Program-made: the position numbers and the translations under genes | Shown here: positions 49,303 to 59,999 of the stretch, piece by piece | Numbering within the stretch: the stretch's first letter is position 1 | Layout: every line of letters begins with the position of its first letter | The notes under the pieces: model-generated | What the model was told of the DNA's origin: nothing | Seen by the model: only the letters and a program-made list of their open reading frames with translations | The model's database searches: none | Assembly (NCBI GenBank): GCA_038231455.1 | Contig: JBBRLI010000002.1 | Coordinates: 1-64,000 of the forward strand | DNA from: Vulcanimicrobiales bacterium | GTDB lineage: Bacteria; Vulcanimicrobiota; Vulcanimicrobiia; Vulcanimicrobiales; Vulcanimicrobiaceae | Length of the DNA stretch: 64,000 nucleotides | Direction: 5' to 3'

Positions 49303-50854
49303 TCTTGCAGCCCTCGCGAGTAGCGTTCTTTGTGTCGGTTTCGAAGGCACGACGCCCGAGACTGCACCGCTCGCCGAACTGCGGCAACTCAAACCCGGTG
49401 CGGTGATTCTCTTTGCGCGCAACGTCGGTACGGCCGAGGAGCTACGCGCACTCGTGGCCGCGCTCCGCGCGATCGACGAAGTTCCACCACTGATCGCGAT
49501 CGATCAGGAGGGCGGCCGCGTCGCGCGGATCCGCGTGGACGTCGCAGAGATACCCGCGATGATGGCACTCGGTGCCACGCACGACCCGGAACTTGCCGAG
49601 CGCGCGGGCGCGCTCGTTGGTGCGGATTTGCGTTCGTTTGGAATCACGCTTGATTTTGCCCCCTGCGGCGATCTTGCGCGCGAGGCGCAGAATACCGTGA
49701 TCGGCGCGCGTTCGTTTGGCGAACGGCCCGCAGCGGTTGCCGCGATGGCAAGCGCCTTTGCGCGCGGGCTCGAATCACAGGGCGTCGCGGCCACGATCAA
49801 GCATTTCCCCGGCCACGGTGCGACGGTCACCGATTCGCATCTCGATTTGCCGCGCATCACGCTCGATGCAGCGACGTTACGCGCAAACGATCTCGTTCCG
49901 TTCGCGGCAGCGATTCGCTCGCGCGCCGTGTCGTGCGTGATGAGCGCTCATATCGTCGTTGAGGCCTTCGATGCGACTCGCCCCGCGACGCTCTCACGAG
50001 TCGTGCTCACGGATCTTCTGCGGCACGAACTCGCCTTTACCGGCGTGGCCTTTACCGATTGTCTCGAGATGGATGCGATCGCCCGCGGCGTTGGTACCGT
50101 AAGCGGTGTCGTCGCGGCGCTCGCGGCGGGAGCCGATTGTGCGGTCGTATCGCATCATCTCGCGCTCGCGCAAGAAAGCGCCGCGGCAATCGTGGCAGCC
50201 ATTGAAGACGGTCGATTGACGGAGCAACGCTTACACGAAGCCGCTGCGCGCATCGCTGCCTTGCGCGCAAAACTCGCGGTAGCCGGTGATTCGTACCCGG
50301 CGGTCGATCGCGAAGCCGGCCTCGCGGTCGCGCGTGCGGCGGTCACGGTCGAGGGGACGATCTCACTCGATCCGGCGCATTCGGTCACCGTCATTTCTTT
50401 TGAAGGCGAAACCTACGAAGGCGCCGCGGGCAAACATCACGACCACGCTTCGCTCAACGCAGCGCTGCGCGCGCGCCGAATATCCGCGGAAATCATGCGC
50501 GTACCGCTCGCGCCGGATGCCGATGATATCGACCTCTTACTGTCGCTCATCGATGCACAGCGTCGTCTTGCGCCACGGGCATTTGTTGTGATGATGCGGC
50601 GCGCGCATCTTCATCCGTTACAGGCCGCGGCCGTGCGCGCGATTCTCGCGCGGGTGCCGGAGTCGATCGTCGTCTCTGCGCGCGAACCGTACGACCTCGC
50701 CGTTGCGTGGTCGGCGAAGGCAAAGAACACGGCCTGTATTTATGGGGACGAGCGCGTGAGCATCGAGGGGCTTGCCGATGTGATGACGGGCCGTGCCGTC
50801 GCTTGCGGTCGCCTACCGGTGAGCGTACGCGCGGAGGAGTCGATTGTTCGCTGA
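49292..50854 (+). CDS. nagZ: GH3 beta-N-acetylhexosaminidase
   Basis: ILFARN, IDQEGGRV.R, IGARSFG, KHFPGHG...DSH, TDCLEM. Confidence 0.92.
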   Translation: MPPDLAALASSVLCVGFEGTTPETAPLAELRQLKPGAVILFARNVGTAEELRALVAALRAIDEVPPLIAIDQEGGRVARIRVDVAEIPAMMALGATHDPELAERAGALVGADLRSFGITLDFAPCGDLAREAQNTVIGARSFGERPAAVAAMASAFARGLESQGVAATIKHFPGHGATVTDSHLDLPRITLDAATLRANDLVPFAAAIRSRAVSCVMSAHIVVEAFDATRPATLSRVVLTDLLRHELAFTGVAFTDCLEMDAIARGVGTVSGVVAALAAGADCAVVSHHLALAQESAAAIVAAIEDGRLTEQRLHEAAARIAALRAKLAVAGDSYPAVDREAGLAVARAAVTVEGTISLDPAHSVTVISFEGETYEGAAGKHHDHASLNAALRARRISAEIMRVPLAPDADDIDLLLSLIDAQRRLAPRAFVVMMRRAHLHPLQAAAVRAILARVPESIVVSAREPYDLAVAWSAKAKNTACIYGDERVSIEGLADVMTGRAVACGRLPVSVRAEESIVR

Positions 50855-51872
50855 TGTCCGCGCAGCCGTGGAAGCTTCGCTTGGCACGCGCTATAGCGCT
50901 GCCGTCGTGCGTATCGAACGCGGCGGCTCCTGCGTCTATGAGGAAACCTTCGGCGCGACGACGGGCTCCGCAGGTGCGGTGCCGATCGCGTGCGATACGG
51001 TCTTCGACCTTGCCTCGCTGACGAAAGTATTCGTCTCGACGGCGGCTCTTGCGTGCGTGGCACGCGGTGATCTCACACTCGATGGACCGCTTCTCGGTGC
51101 CTTTCCCGATTGGGATGGTACGGCGCACGCCACGATCAGCTTGCGTATGCTGCTGGCGCACACGGCCGGTTTTCAATCCGGAGCAGACTATCGAACCTTA
51201 CTCGATACCAACGTCGAGACGTTCGCGCGCACGCAACCACTCGCGGCAGCGCCGGGAGAACGGGTGATCTACAGCGACCTTGGCTTCATCGTGCTCGGTA
51301 TCTTGCTAGAGCGCGTATCGCGTGCATCACTTGCAACGATCGTCGCCGAGCTGTGCACGCGCTGCGGAATTGCCGATGTACTCTATCGAGCGCCTGCTCG
51401 CATCCGCGGCTCCATTCCGGCAACAGAATCTGACGATTGGCGGGGAAGCGTTCAAGGCTTCGTCCACGACGAGAAAGCGTATTTGATGAACGGTGTCTCC
51501 GGCCACGCGGGCCTGTTCGGTCCGGCAAATGCCATCGCGCGGCTGACGGAGTGCTACCTTGCCGTTCTGTGCGGTCGAACAAGTCCGCTCGATCCTGCGC
51601 TTGCACGCGCAGCGACGGCGCTCGTCGCCGCCGACCCCGTTTTGCGTCGGGGTCTCGGTTGGGCGCTCAAAACGAGCGATCAGAATTCGTGCGGTGCGCG
51701 CATGTCAACGGGGACCTTCGGACATACGGGCTTTACCGGGACCTCGGTGTGGGCCGACCCGACGCGCGACTGTTCGGTGACGTTGCTGACGAATGCCGTT
51801 CATTTCGGGCGCGTCGATATTCGCGATGTCCGCGCCGCCGTCTGCGATGCGGCGATCGAGGCAATCGGATGA
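50844..51872 (+). CDS. beta-lactamase-family serine hydrolase (AmiE-like muropeptide amidase candidate)
   Basis: FDLASLTK (SxxK), LLAHTAG, YSDLGF, G.VHDE.A, GHAGLF, FGHTGFTGTS. Confidence 0.85.
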   Translation: MFADVRAAVEASLGTRYSAAVVRIERGGSCVYEETFGATTGSAGAVPIACDTVFDLASLTKVFVSTAALACVARGDLTLDGPLLGAFPDWDGTAHATISLRMLLAHTAGFQSGADYRTLLDTNVETFARTQPLAAAPGERVIYSDLGFIVLGILLERVSRASLATIVAELCTRCGIADVLYRAPARIRGSIPATESDDWRGSVQGFVHDEKAYLMNGVSGHAGLFGPANAIARLTECYLAVLCGRTSPLDPALARAATALVAADPVLRRGLGWALKTSDQNSCGARMSTGTFGHTGFTGTSVWADPTRDCSVTLLTNAVHFGRVDIRDVRAAVCDAAIEAIG

Positions 51873-53014
51873 TCGCGATCGGACTCATGTCGGGCACGTC
51901 GCTCGATGGAATCGACGCGGTTCGCGTGCGTATCGTGCCTCGCGGCGAACACTATGATATTGCCGTCGAAGCATTCCAGACGGTGCCTTTCGAACCGCAA
52001 CTGCGCGAACGAATCGTCGCAGCACTTCCACCGAGTGCGACCACGGCACTCGAAATCGCGCATTTGCACGCGCTGCTTGGTGAGGCGTTCGCCGATGCCG
52101 CGGCGCGCGTCGCCGGGCGGAACGTCGACTACATCGCATCGCACGGGCTCACGCTCGCGCACGATGGCGATTCCCACGTGACGATGCAGATCGGCGATCC
52201 CTTTCGCATCCGCGAGCGTTTCGATACGACGGTGATCAGCGATTTTCGTAGCGCCGACACGGCGGCTGGCGGACACGGTGCGCCGCTGGTGCCGCACGTC
52301 GACGCGCTGCTTTTCGGCAGCGACGGAGAACCGCGCGTCGCGCTCAATTTGGGCGGTATCGCCAACCTCACGGTGCTGCAGATTGGCGCCCCGCTCGTCG
52401 CGTTCGACACGGGACCCGGGAACATGGCGCTGGATGCGTTCGTGTTGGACCGCACCGCCGGCGCGGAGGCGTTCGACCGCGACGGCAATTATGCACGCGC
52501 CGGTCGCGTCGATGAAGCGCTGCTTGCAAACATGCTGGCCGAGCGGTACTTTGCCGAAGCTCCGCCTAAATCGACCGGACGCGAACGATTTGGTCCGGTA
52601 TTCTTCGAGCGCTATCGCACGGAGTTAGAAAAACTCAGCCTCCCCGATGGCGCCGCGACGCTTACGGCGCTGACGATCCGCACGATTTCGGATGCGATTC
52701 GCATTTACGCACGTTCGACGGCGCGCTTGATCGTCGGCGGCGGTGGATCGCACAACTTCGCGCTCCTGGACGGATTGCGCCGGGCGCTGCCGCGGATCGC
52801 GGTCGTAACGAGCGATGCATTCGGCATCGATCCGGACGCGCGCGAAGCGATCGCGTTTGCCGTGCTGGGCTACGAGTGCCTGCGCGGACGCGCGGCGGGG
52901 ATCCCGAAGGTCACCGGAGCCCGTGGGCCGCGCCTTTTGGGAGCGATTGCGCCGCACGAGCTGGAATCATTGCTTGCGCGCATCGCGCGCGAGATCGAAA
53001 GGGGACCGCGATGA
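51869..53014 (+). CDS. anmK: anhydro-N-acetylmuramic acid kinase
   Basis: GLMSGTSLDGID, DFR..D.AAGG.GAPLVP, LNLGGIAN, FDTGPGN, PKSTGRE.F. Confidence 0.95.
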   Translation: MIAIGLMSGTSLDGIDAVRVRIVPRGEHYDIAVEAFQTVPFEPQLRERIVAALPPSATTALEIAHLHALLGEAFADAAARVAGRNVDYIASHGLTLAHDGDSHVTMQIGDPFRIRERFDTTVISDFRSADTAAGGHGAPLVPHVDALLFGSDGEPRVALNLGGIANLTVLQIGAPLVAFDTGPGNMALDAFVLDRTAGAEAFDRDGNYARAGRVDEALLANMLAERYFAEAPPKSTGRERFGPVFFERYRTELEKLSLPDGAATLTALTIRTISDAIRIYARSTARLIVGGGGSHNFALLDGLRRALPRIAVVTSDAFGIDPDAREAIAFAVLGYECLRGRAAGIPKVTGARGPRLLGAIAPHELESLLARIAREIERGPR

Positions 53015-53907
53015 CCCATCTCTACGTCGGCGTCGATGCCGGCGGGACGTCGACCGTTGCCGTCGCCGCTCGCCCAGGTGAGGCCCCGCGTCGCGAGCTT
53101 GGTGGTCCGGCAAACGCAAGCTCGATCGGCGTCGACGATGCCGCAAATGAGATCGTAACGGTCATTCGGAGAGTCTGCGGGCACGACAAACCGCAGGCGA
53201 TCGCAATCGGCGCTGCAGGAACGGGCCGCTCGGAGGTCGCGCGCACGATCGAAGAACTCGTCAGCAGCGCATTCGCCGGTGCGACGGTTGCCGTCGGCGA
53301 TGATGCCGAAATCGCTCTACGCGCCGCGATCCCGGAAGGCCCGGGAATCGTCCTCATCGCCGGGACGGGTTCGATTGCGTTCGCACGCACGGCCAGCGCG
53401 AGCGCGCGCGTCGGCGGTCTGGGCTATCTGCTTGGCGACGAAGGCTCCGCGTTTGCGATCGGATTTGCCGCTGCGAAACTCTACGGCCGCGTCCTCGATG
53501 GCCGAGCCGCACGCGACGAGACGACCGATCTTGTGGGGCGCACGCTGAATGCACCGGATCGCGCCGCTCTCGTCGATTCCATCTACGGACCGCGGCTCGA
53601 CGTCGCCGGCATCGCTGCGATGGCGCCGAGTATCATCGCGTTTGCGAGCAAAGGCAATCGTGTCTCGACGAAAATCGTTCAAGAGGCATCGAAAGAACTT
53701 GGCGAGCTCGTCAAAAGTGTCGCGCGGCAATGTGGACTTATCGAAGCTTCCCCGACCGTTGCGCTCGCGGGCGGTCTGTTGCGCGAGAATAGTCTGCTGA
53801 CATTCTTGCTCGAACAGCGCATCGTCGGCGATTTGCCGGGAGCCGCGATCGTCCGTAGCGCCGATGAAGCTGCGGTCGGAGCGCTCCGACTCGCAATGTT
53901 GCTATGA
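53011..53907 (+). CDS. BadF/BadG/BcrA/BcrD-family sugar kinase (GlcNAc/MurNAc kinase, MurK-like)
   Basis: GVDAGGTST, GPAN, IAGTGSI, VGGLGYLLGDEGS. Confidence 0.88.
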   Translation: MTHLYVGVDAGGTSTVAVAARPGEAPRRELGGPANASSIGVDDAANEIVTVIRRVCGHDKPQAIAIGAAGTGRSEVARTIEELVSSAFAGATVAVGDDAEIALRAAIPEGPGIVLIAGTGSIAFARTASASARVGGLGYLLGDEGSAFAIGFAAAKLYGRVLDGRAARDETTDLVGRTLNAPDRAALVDSIYGPRLDVAGIAAMAPSIIAFASKGNRVSTKIVQEASKELGELVKSVARQCGLIEASPTVALAGGLLRENSLLTFLLEQRIVGDLPGAAIVRSADEAAVGALRLAMLL

Positions 53908-54785
53908 GCGACGAACTTCCGGCAACCGAGGGCATCGACGCGGCGACCGCGCAGCTCGATTCGCTCGGAAGTCGGGACCTCGTCCGTACGTTGATCGCGG
54001 CGAACCATGGCGCCGTCGATGCAGCCGAACGCAGTTCGACGGCGATTGCTGCGGCCGTCGATGCCGTCGTTCGAGCGCTCCGCGCGCATCGTCACGTGCA
54101 CTACGTCGGCGCCGGAACGAGCGGCCGGCTTGCGATACTCGATGCGGCCGAGTTACCGCCGACGTTCGGCGTCTCGCCAAATCTCGTGCGGGCGCACATT
54201 GCGGGCGGCATCCCGGCGATCACGCGTGCGGTCGAAGGAGCTGAAGATGATTCGCACGCGGGTGCGGCGCTCGGCGCGGCCTTCGCGCGCGGCGACGTCG
54301 TGATCGGCATCTCCGCTAGCGGTGGCGCACCCTACGTGCTCGGGGCTCTCGCCGCCGCGCGCGTCGCCGGGGCAACGACGGTCGGGATCGCCAATGCTCC
54401 GGGCTCGCCGCTGGTGCGCGATGCCGCGATCGCGATCGTCCTCGATACCGGCGCAGAACCGATCGCCGGTTCGACCCGCCTCAAAGCCGGGACCGCTCAA
54501 AAAATCGTGCTCAACGCAATCTCGAGTGCCGCCATGATTCAGCTCGGCAAAGTGTACGGCAATCTCATGGTCGATGTCGTTGCGACCAATGTCAAGCTCA
54601 AGCGTCGCGCCGAACGACTCGTGCGCACGATCTTGGGCGAGCACGTTGACGCACCCGCGGTCCTCGCCGCGGCGGGCGGAAACGTCAAACGTGCCGTCGT
54701 GATGCAACGCCTGGGCGTCGATGCAGAAGAAGCGGACCGCCGCCTCGCCGCGCACGGCGAACGCCTCGGCGAAACGATCGCTTAG
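53904..54785 (+). CDS. murQ: N-acetylmuramic acid 6-phosphate etherase
   Basis: YVGAGTSGRL..LDAAE.PPTFG, EGAED, GSTRLKAGTAQK, GKVYGNLMVD. Confidence 0.96.
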   Translation: MSDELPATEGIDAATAQLDSLGSRDLVRTLIAANHGAVDAAERSSTAIAAAVDAVVRALRAHRHVHYVGAGTSGRLAILDAAELPPTFGVSPNLVRAHIAGGIPAITRAVEGAEDDSHAGAALGAAFARGDVVIGISASGGAPYVLGALAAARVAGATTVGIANAPGSPLVRDAAIAIVLDTGAEPIAGSTRLKAGTAQKIVLNAISSAAMIQLGKVYGNLMVDVVATNVKLKRRAERLVRTILGEHVDAPAVLAAAGGNVKRAVVMQRLGVDAEEADRRLAAHGERLGETIA

Positions 54786-55207
54786 ATCGCGCGCGAAAAG
54801 CCTTCGTCATCGCGGTGCACGAAACCGCAGGCTTTAAAAAAGCGCGCGAGATGTCGCGTACGTGCGACGTTCACGTGCATGCGCACGATATCCATCTTGC
54901 GCAAGTGGTCGGCGAGCGCGTCGAGCATCGCAGTCCCGACTCCCGCGCCGCGCGCGCCGGCTTCGACGAGGATGTCATCGAGCATCGCCACCAGTCCCCC
55001 GGCTTCGGTCGATATCGCGTAGCTGACGAGCGCACAGCTCACGACGCGTTCGTTTTGATCGAATGCGACCCAGACGAAGCCGTAGTCTTCACGCTCGACA
55101 AAGAGCGTGAGCGCCCGGCCGAGCGCGACGTCATCGGTCAGGACCAGGGAGAGCAGCGCGAAGACGTCCAATCGCTCGGTGGCGCTCATACGACGGCAGG
55201 TAATCAT
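54782..55207 (-). CDS. GNAT N-acetyltransferase
   Basis: LDDILV...ARGAGVGTAML, ARFFKACGF. Confidence 0.85.
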   Translation of the reverse strand: MITCRRMSATERLDVFALLSLVLTDDVALGRALTLFVEREDYGFVWVAFDQNERVVSCALVSYAISTEAGGLVAMLDDILVEAGARGAGVGTAMLDALADHLRKMDIVRMHVNVARTRHLARFFKACGFVHRDDEGFSRAI

Positions 55208-55285
55208 GCGTCCCGATTGCCGTTGAAGCATCGTGGGTACCGTTTCACCCGAATCGATTCGGATCGTTTCATAGGAGTTTCGCAC

Positions 55286-55669
55286 ATGATCGCTCACCTT
55301 CGCTTCGCACGTGCCGCCTTCTTCGCATCGGCGCTCGTGGCGATCGGCGCAACCTCGATCGCCTCGGCGACCGAGATGAAAGGCGCACTGCCGGCCGGCG
55401 GCAAGTACAAAGATTGCCACGGCTACATCTTGCACGTCAGTGATGCAAACATCCGCGTTCACTGCGTCGACGGCACACCGGCCGACCTCTCGTTTCTCCA
55501 GTTTCCGAAATACAGCAATGTCAAGGACGGCAAGAGCGTGCAAGTCCGAGATTTGGAGCCGAATACGCCCGTGCACGTCATTTTCACGCAGTCTCTCGGC
55601 ATACGGCACGCCTACAAAATCTATGTTGCCGATCCGAACGGTCACGGTCTGTACGGCTTTAAGAGTTAA
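55286..55669 (+). CDS. small exported protein (OB-fold-like)
   Basis: SD AGGAG, signal peptide, G.ILHVS, DL.P.T.V.V pattern, two Cys. Confidence 0.7.
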   Translation: MIAHLRFARAAFFASALVAIGATSIASATEMKGALPAGGKYKDCHGYILHVSDANIRVHCVDGTPADLSFLQFPKYSNVKDGKSVQVRDLEPNTPVHVIFTQSLGIRHAYKIYVADPNGHGLYGFKS

Positions 55670-55699
55670 GCCCGAGCTTCGTCGCGAACGAGCGCCGCG

Positions 55700-57265
55700 G
55701 TGAGGATCGCGGCGTTCGTGTGTTGTTTGCTCGCTTTGCTTGGGCCAATTCGTGCGCAGTCGAGTACGATCGTTGTCGTTCCGCTCGACGATCGGCCGGT
55801 CACAGCGCAACTCCCGCGCATGCTCGGTGCGATCGCCGGCGATCGCGTGATCACCCCGCCGCGCGCGTTGCTCGGCACGTATCTCCAGTTCGGCGCTCCG
55901 GCCGGTCTGCTTGCGTGGCTGCGCGATCCGCTGCGGGCCGACGCCGAAGCGTTTGTGATCTCTGCGGATATGATCGCGTACGGTGGACTCGTTGCATCAC
56001 GAACCCCATCAACGCCACTCTTTCTTGCGCGTTCGCGCTTGAACGAACTCGCCGACATTCGCGCCGCACATGCAAAGTCGTCGTTCGCGGTGTTTGGAAC
56101 GGTGATGCGTTTAGCCCCGACCGGCCTTGCGCCCGTCGGTGATGCCGCGTCGTTCTTCGCCGCAGGCGCGCCGACTGAGGCGATCCAGCAGTATGCGAAT
56201 CTTCCCGACCCGCCGCAAACGGCAGAAGACGTTCGGAAAGCTGCGGCGCTGCGCGAGCGAGCGGGCCCTGCCGTGCTCGCAACGTATCTTGCTACGCGCG
56301 CGCGTAATCTCGATCTCGATCGCTGGCTGCTCCGTCAAACGGCCGAAGGTGCGTTCGATCGTGTCGTCCTCGGTCAAGACGATGCGGGGCCTGTTGGCCT
56401 CCACCTCAAGGATCTTGCCGCCTTGCGCGGGGACGTCGCGCGACTCGGCATCGCGCGCCGCGCGTCGATCGAACCGGGCGCTGACGAACTTGGAATGGTT
56501 CTCGTCGCCGCGCAGCTCGCGCGCGAAGGCGGCATCGTTCCGACGGTCTCCGTTACGTATTCACGCGCGGATGGCGGTGCGTACAACGATCCGCTCGAGT
56601 TCGCGCCCTTCGCAACGACCGTTGCAAACATCATCCGTGCGAGCGGTGCACGCGCCGTTTCCGGCCCCGCCGATATTCCGCTCTTCGTCCGCGTCGCCGA
56701 TACATCGAGCGCCGATGAGGCAGCGTTTGAAGCGGCGATTCGTGCGAGGGTCGGCGATGGCAAACCGGTCGCTATCGCCGATCTTACCTTCTTGCAAAAT
56801 GACGAGGCTCAGCGCCGCACGCTCGCAGAGCGTCTCATCGACGGCGGCCTTGCTGGGAAGATCGCCTCGTTTGCGTCGTGGAACACGGTTGCAAACACCA
56901 TCGGAACGGCGCTTCCGGAAGCGATCGCGGTGCTGGTCGGTCAGCGCCGAGGGACGTACGATGCGCGGGCCCACGCGCAGTTCCAACTCGACCGGTACAT
57001 CGACGACTATGCCTTCCACAGTTTTGCTCGCCCGGACATCAATGCGACCCTCGAACGAGCCGGAACGAGCGACCACACGTATCTTTTGCCGGACGTCGGG
57101 GCGGCTACCGACCGTCGTAATCGTCATTTGCTCTGGCCGTACGCCGTCGATCTCTTGGCGCGAATCTATCCACAGTATCGCGACGCCGGATTGACGATCA
57201 CGCTCCCATGGCGGCGCACGTTCGAGACCGAGATCGACGTTCGCCTCGACCAGCGCTCCCCTTAG
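55700..57265 (+). CDS. DUF4127 family protein
   Basis: VPLDDRP, S.DM.AYGGLVASR, VMRL, GQDDA, PGADE, FASWNT.ANTIGT, LPW.R.FE. Confidence 0.85.
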   Translation: MRIAAFVCCLLALLGPIRAQSSTIVVVPLDDRPVTAQLPRMLGAIAGDRVITPPRALLGTYLQFGAPAGLLAWLRDPLRADAEAFVISADMIAYGGLVASRTPSTPLFLARSRLNELADIRAAHAKSSFAVFGTVMRLAPTGLAPVGDAASFFAAGAPTEAIQQYANLPDPPQTAEDVRKAAALRERAGPAVLATYLATRARNLDLDRWLLRQTAEGAFDRVVLGQDDAGPVGLHLKDLAALRGDVARLGIARRASIEPGADELGMVLVAAQLAREGGIVPTVSVTYSRADGGAYNDPLEFAPFATTVANIIRASGARAVSGPADIPLFVRVADTSSADEAAFEAAIRARVGDGKPVAIADLTFLQNDEAQRRTLAERLIDGGLAGKIASFASWNTVANTIGTALPEAIAVLVGQRRGTYDARAHAQFQLDRYIDDYAFHSFARPDINATLERAGTSDHTYLLPDVGAATDRRNRHLLWPYAVDLLARIYPQYRDAGLTITLPWRRTFETEIDVRLDQRSP

Positions 57266-59922
57266 TGCGTGCTAAGCACCGCATGATCGTACGTCAAGCG
57301 TAGTTCGCTACTCGGAACCGAGCGCGCGTACAGAAAACCCTGACCGTAACGGCAGCCAAGCCGACGAACGTGCTGCTGCTGCTCGGTCGTCTCGATGCCC
57401 TCGGCGACGATCGTGACCTCGAGCGCGCGACCGAGATCCACGATGAACTTCACGATCGTATCGATCTTTGCGATGTCGCGCGTAAACGCGCGATCGATCT
57501 TGACCGTATCGAACGGGAATTCTTGCAGATACCGCAGTGAAGAATACCCCGTTCCGAAGTCATCGATGACGATGCGGAATCCCGCACTTTTGAGCAGAGC
57601 CAGTTGCGCGAGCGCGATCGAATTGGAATCGAGAAACAGCGACTCGGTGATCTCAAGCGCTAACAGACGCGGGTCGGCGCCGGTTTGGCCGATCAACTCC
57701 ATGACCTCAGCTGCGTACGTTTCACTCAGGATTTCACGAACGGAGACGTTGACGTTGATGACGATATTCGCAAGCGGACTGCACCCCACGCGCCAGGTGA
57801 CTTGCTGTTCGCAGGCACGGCGTAAGACCCAGCGGCCGATTTCGACGATCGCGCCGGTTTCCTCGGCGACGGGGATGAATTCCGCCGGCGAGACCGCACC
57901 GTCGCGCCCGTGCTGCCAACGCACGAGCGATTCGACGGTCGTGAGTTTGCCGCTATCGATATCGACGATCGGCTGATATTCCACGAAGAGTTCGCCGCGT
58001 TCGATTGCCAGCGGCAGGTCGGTTCCGTACCGCAGACGATGGATCGCCGCTTCGCGCATGTCGTCGCTGAAGACACTATGTCGCCCGCGGCCGTTCGATT
58101 TGGCGTAGTACATGGCGGTATCGGACTCACGGATCAGTTCGTGTTCGCGCCCGCGATGTTCGCGGCCGCCGCTGGTGATCCCGATGCTGCATTCGAGTCG
58201 GATGCTGCCGGCTGCCGTTTCGAAAGGGACGCGAAAGGCGCCGAGAATGAGTTCCATCGTACGCTCGATGTCGAGGGTTGCTTCATCATCGACCAGCATT
58301 AAGACGAACTCATCGCCGCCGAAACGCGCGACGGTATGGACGGGTGCCGCATATGTCGATAGGCGGCGTGCCGCGAGGACCAGCACTTCATCGCCGAGCG
58401 CGTGACCGAAACTGTCGTTCACGTACTTGAAGTGGTCGAGGTCGATGAACGCGATGTGCACGAGCGATCGGGCGCTCGGAAGCGCCTCGAGCGTTTCGTG
58501 CAAGAGTGCGAGAAAGCGCGCGCGATTCGGCAGCTTGGTTAGCGAGTCGTGCGTCGCCTCGAATTCCAGTTGCTCGAGCGCCTTGCGTCGTTCGGTTACG
58601 TCGCGCACGATCGCAAGTGCGTAGGCGGGGTCTTCCGTACGTTTGCCGCTTCGAACGATCGAATAACTCGCCTCGATCGAGATCGCCGTGCCGTCTGCGC
58701 GCACGATCGGAGCGGGGGCGATTTCGGCCGGTTTCCCGCGAAAGAGATCGTCGAACGACGGACAGAGCGTCCGAATCGTCTGCGCGCCGTCGGTGCCGAG
58801 CATGCGCGTGAGTTCGCCGTTCGTGCGGAAAATTGCGCCGGAGCGGTCGTAGATCGCAATGCCGACCGACGTTTCATCGAAGATCGCGTCGAACTGCGCT
58901 TCCGTGACGGCGCGGCTTCGTTCGGCTTCGACGAAGAGCGCCCGCCGTACGGCGATGCGTTCGATAATGCGTCCGATCGCAAGTGCCACAAACGGAATGG
59001 CCACAAGGGTGGCCAGCAGTCCGATCAGATCGAGGATCGTACGCCGTCGCTGGGCCTCAAGCCGGCTATGCAATTCGTTCGAGAGAAGATCGGCGACCGT
59101 ATGGATCGTGTTTTCGAGGCTCGCGCGCAATTCATCGGAACGTGCCTGGACAAGGGCAATCGCCGTGGCGCTGACGATTCCATGCGTGATTGGCTGGTCG
59201 ATTGCGCGCCCGAACCGTTCGTTTGTCGCCATGTGTTCGTGTTGGAGGACGTCAAGTGTTTCGGCATCCGCCGGATGCGCCGCACCCGCAGCGATGAGAT
59301 CGCTATCGATGAACGAGAGGGCCGTCGCACCGCGGGCTGCCGCTGCAGCTGCAATCACAAGCGGCTCCGGGCGTTTGCAGCCGCCGTGAAAAGCGAGTCG
59401 CGCGTCTTCGAAGGCGCTCGTTGCAAAGGCGACGCGGTAATCGAGCGCGTCGCTGAGCGGGCCTTCGTATTGCAGACCACCGCGGTCGGCGGTGAGTGCG
59501 ATCTCGGCAAGTAGTTCCGGCACGGCGCGATCGAACGGCTGCGTACGCAGGATCGGCGCGCGCAGCGCGCCTTCAATCGCTTCACGGGTTCGGACGGCAC
59601 TTGGTCCGAGGACGCTGCCTGCCTGCGGCAACGTCTCGATCGTCCGGAGTACGCCGAGGGCTGCGCTAACACGGTGGCGTGCGTCGTTGACGGCAAAATC
59701 CGCCGTACATTCGACGAGTGCTTCACGCATCGACTGAATTGCCGAGAGCGCGTTATGCTGAGCGACAATGATATTCGTCGCGGCCGCCTCGCGGGTGAGG
59801 GCAACTTGCCGGCCGAGCGTATCGCGGAGGTCGCCTCCGAGTACGAGCAGCAGAGGCGCTAGCAAGAGTGCCGCGACGAGCAGGAGCGGAACGGAGACGA
59901 ATTTTGCGTTGCGAGAGTGCAT
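57262..59922 (-). CDS. membrane sensor PAS-GGDEF-EAL protein
   Basis: Two TMs, PAS (RDVTERR), HDSLTKLPNR, RFGGDEF, ESLVRW, DDFGTGYSS, AEGIE. Confidence 0.93.
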   Translation of the reverse strand: MHSRNAKFVSVPLLLVAALLLAPLLLVLGGDLRDTLGRQVALTREAAATNIIVAQHNALSAIQSMREALVECTADFAVNDARHRVSAALGVLRTIETLPQAGSVLGPSAVRTREAIEGALRAPILRTQPFDRAVPELLAEIALTADRGGLQYEGPLSDALDYRVAFATSAFEDARLAFHGGCKRPEPLVIAAAAAARGATALSFIDSDLIAAGAAHPADAETLDVLQHEHMATNERFGRAIDQPITHGIVSATAIALVQARSDELRASLENTIHTVADLLSNELHSRLEAQRRRTILDLIGLLATLVAIPFVALAIGRIIERIAVRRALFVEAERSRAVTEAQFDAIFDETSVGIAIYDRSGAIFRTNGELTRMLGTDGAQTIRTLCPSFDDLFRGKPAEIAPAPIVRADGTAISIEASYSIVRSGKRTEDPAYALAIVRDVTERRKALEQLEFEATHDSLTKLPNRARFLALLHETLEALPSARSLVHIAFIDLDHFKYVNDSFGHALGDEVLVLAARRLSTYAAPVHTVARFGGDEFVLMLVDDEATLDIERTMELILGAFRVPFETAAGSIRLECSIGITSGGREHRGREHELIRESDTAMYYAKSNGRGRHSVFSDDMREAAIHRLRYGTDLPLAIERGELFVEYQPIVDIDSGKLTTVESLVRWQHGRDGAVSPAEFIPVAEETGAIVEIGRWVLRRACEQQVTWRVGCSPLANIVINVNVSVREILSETYAAEVMELIGQTGADPRLLALEITESLFLDSNSIALAQLALLKSAGFRIVIDDFGTGYSSLRYLQEFPFDTVKIDRAFTRDIAKIDTIVKFIVDLGRALEVTIVAEGIETTEQQQHVRRLGCRYGQGFLYARSVPSSELRLTYDHAVLSTH

Positions 59923-59999
59923 GCAACCTTAAATTTTACTTAAGCCATGTTCGTAAATACCCGCATGGTATGGCACGAACGCGCTCGAGCGCGAGATGG

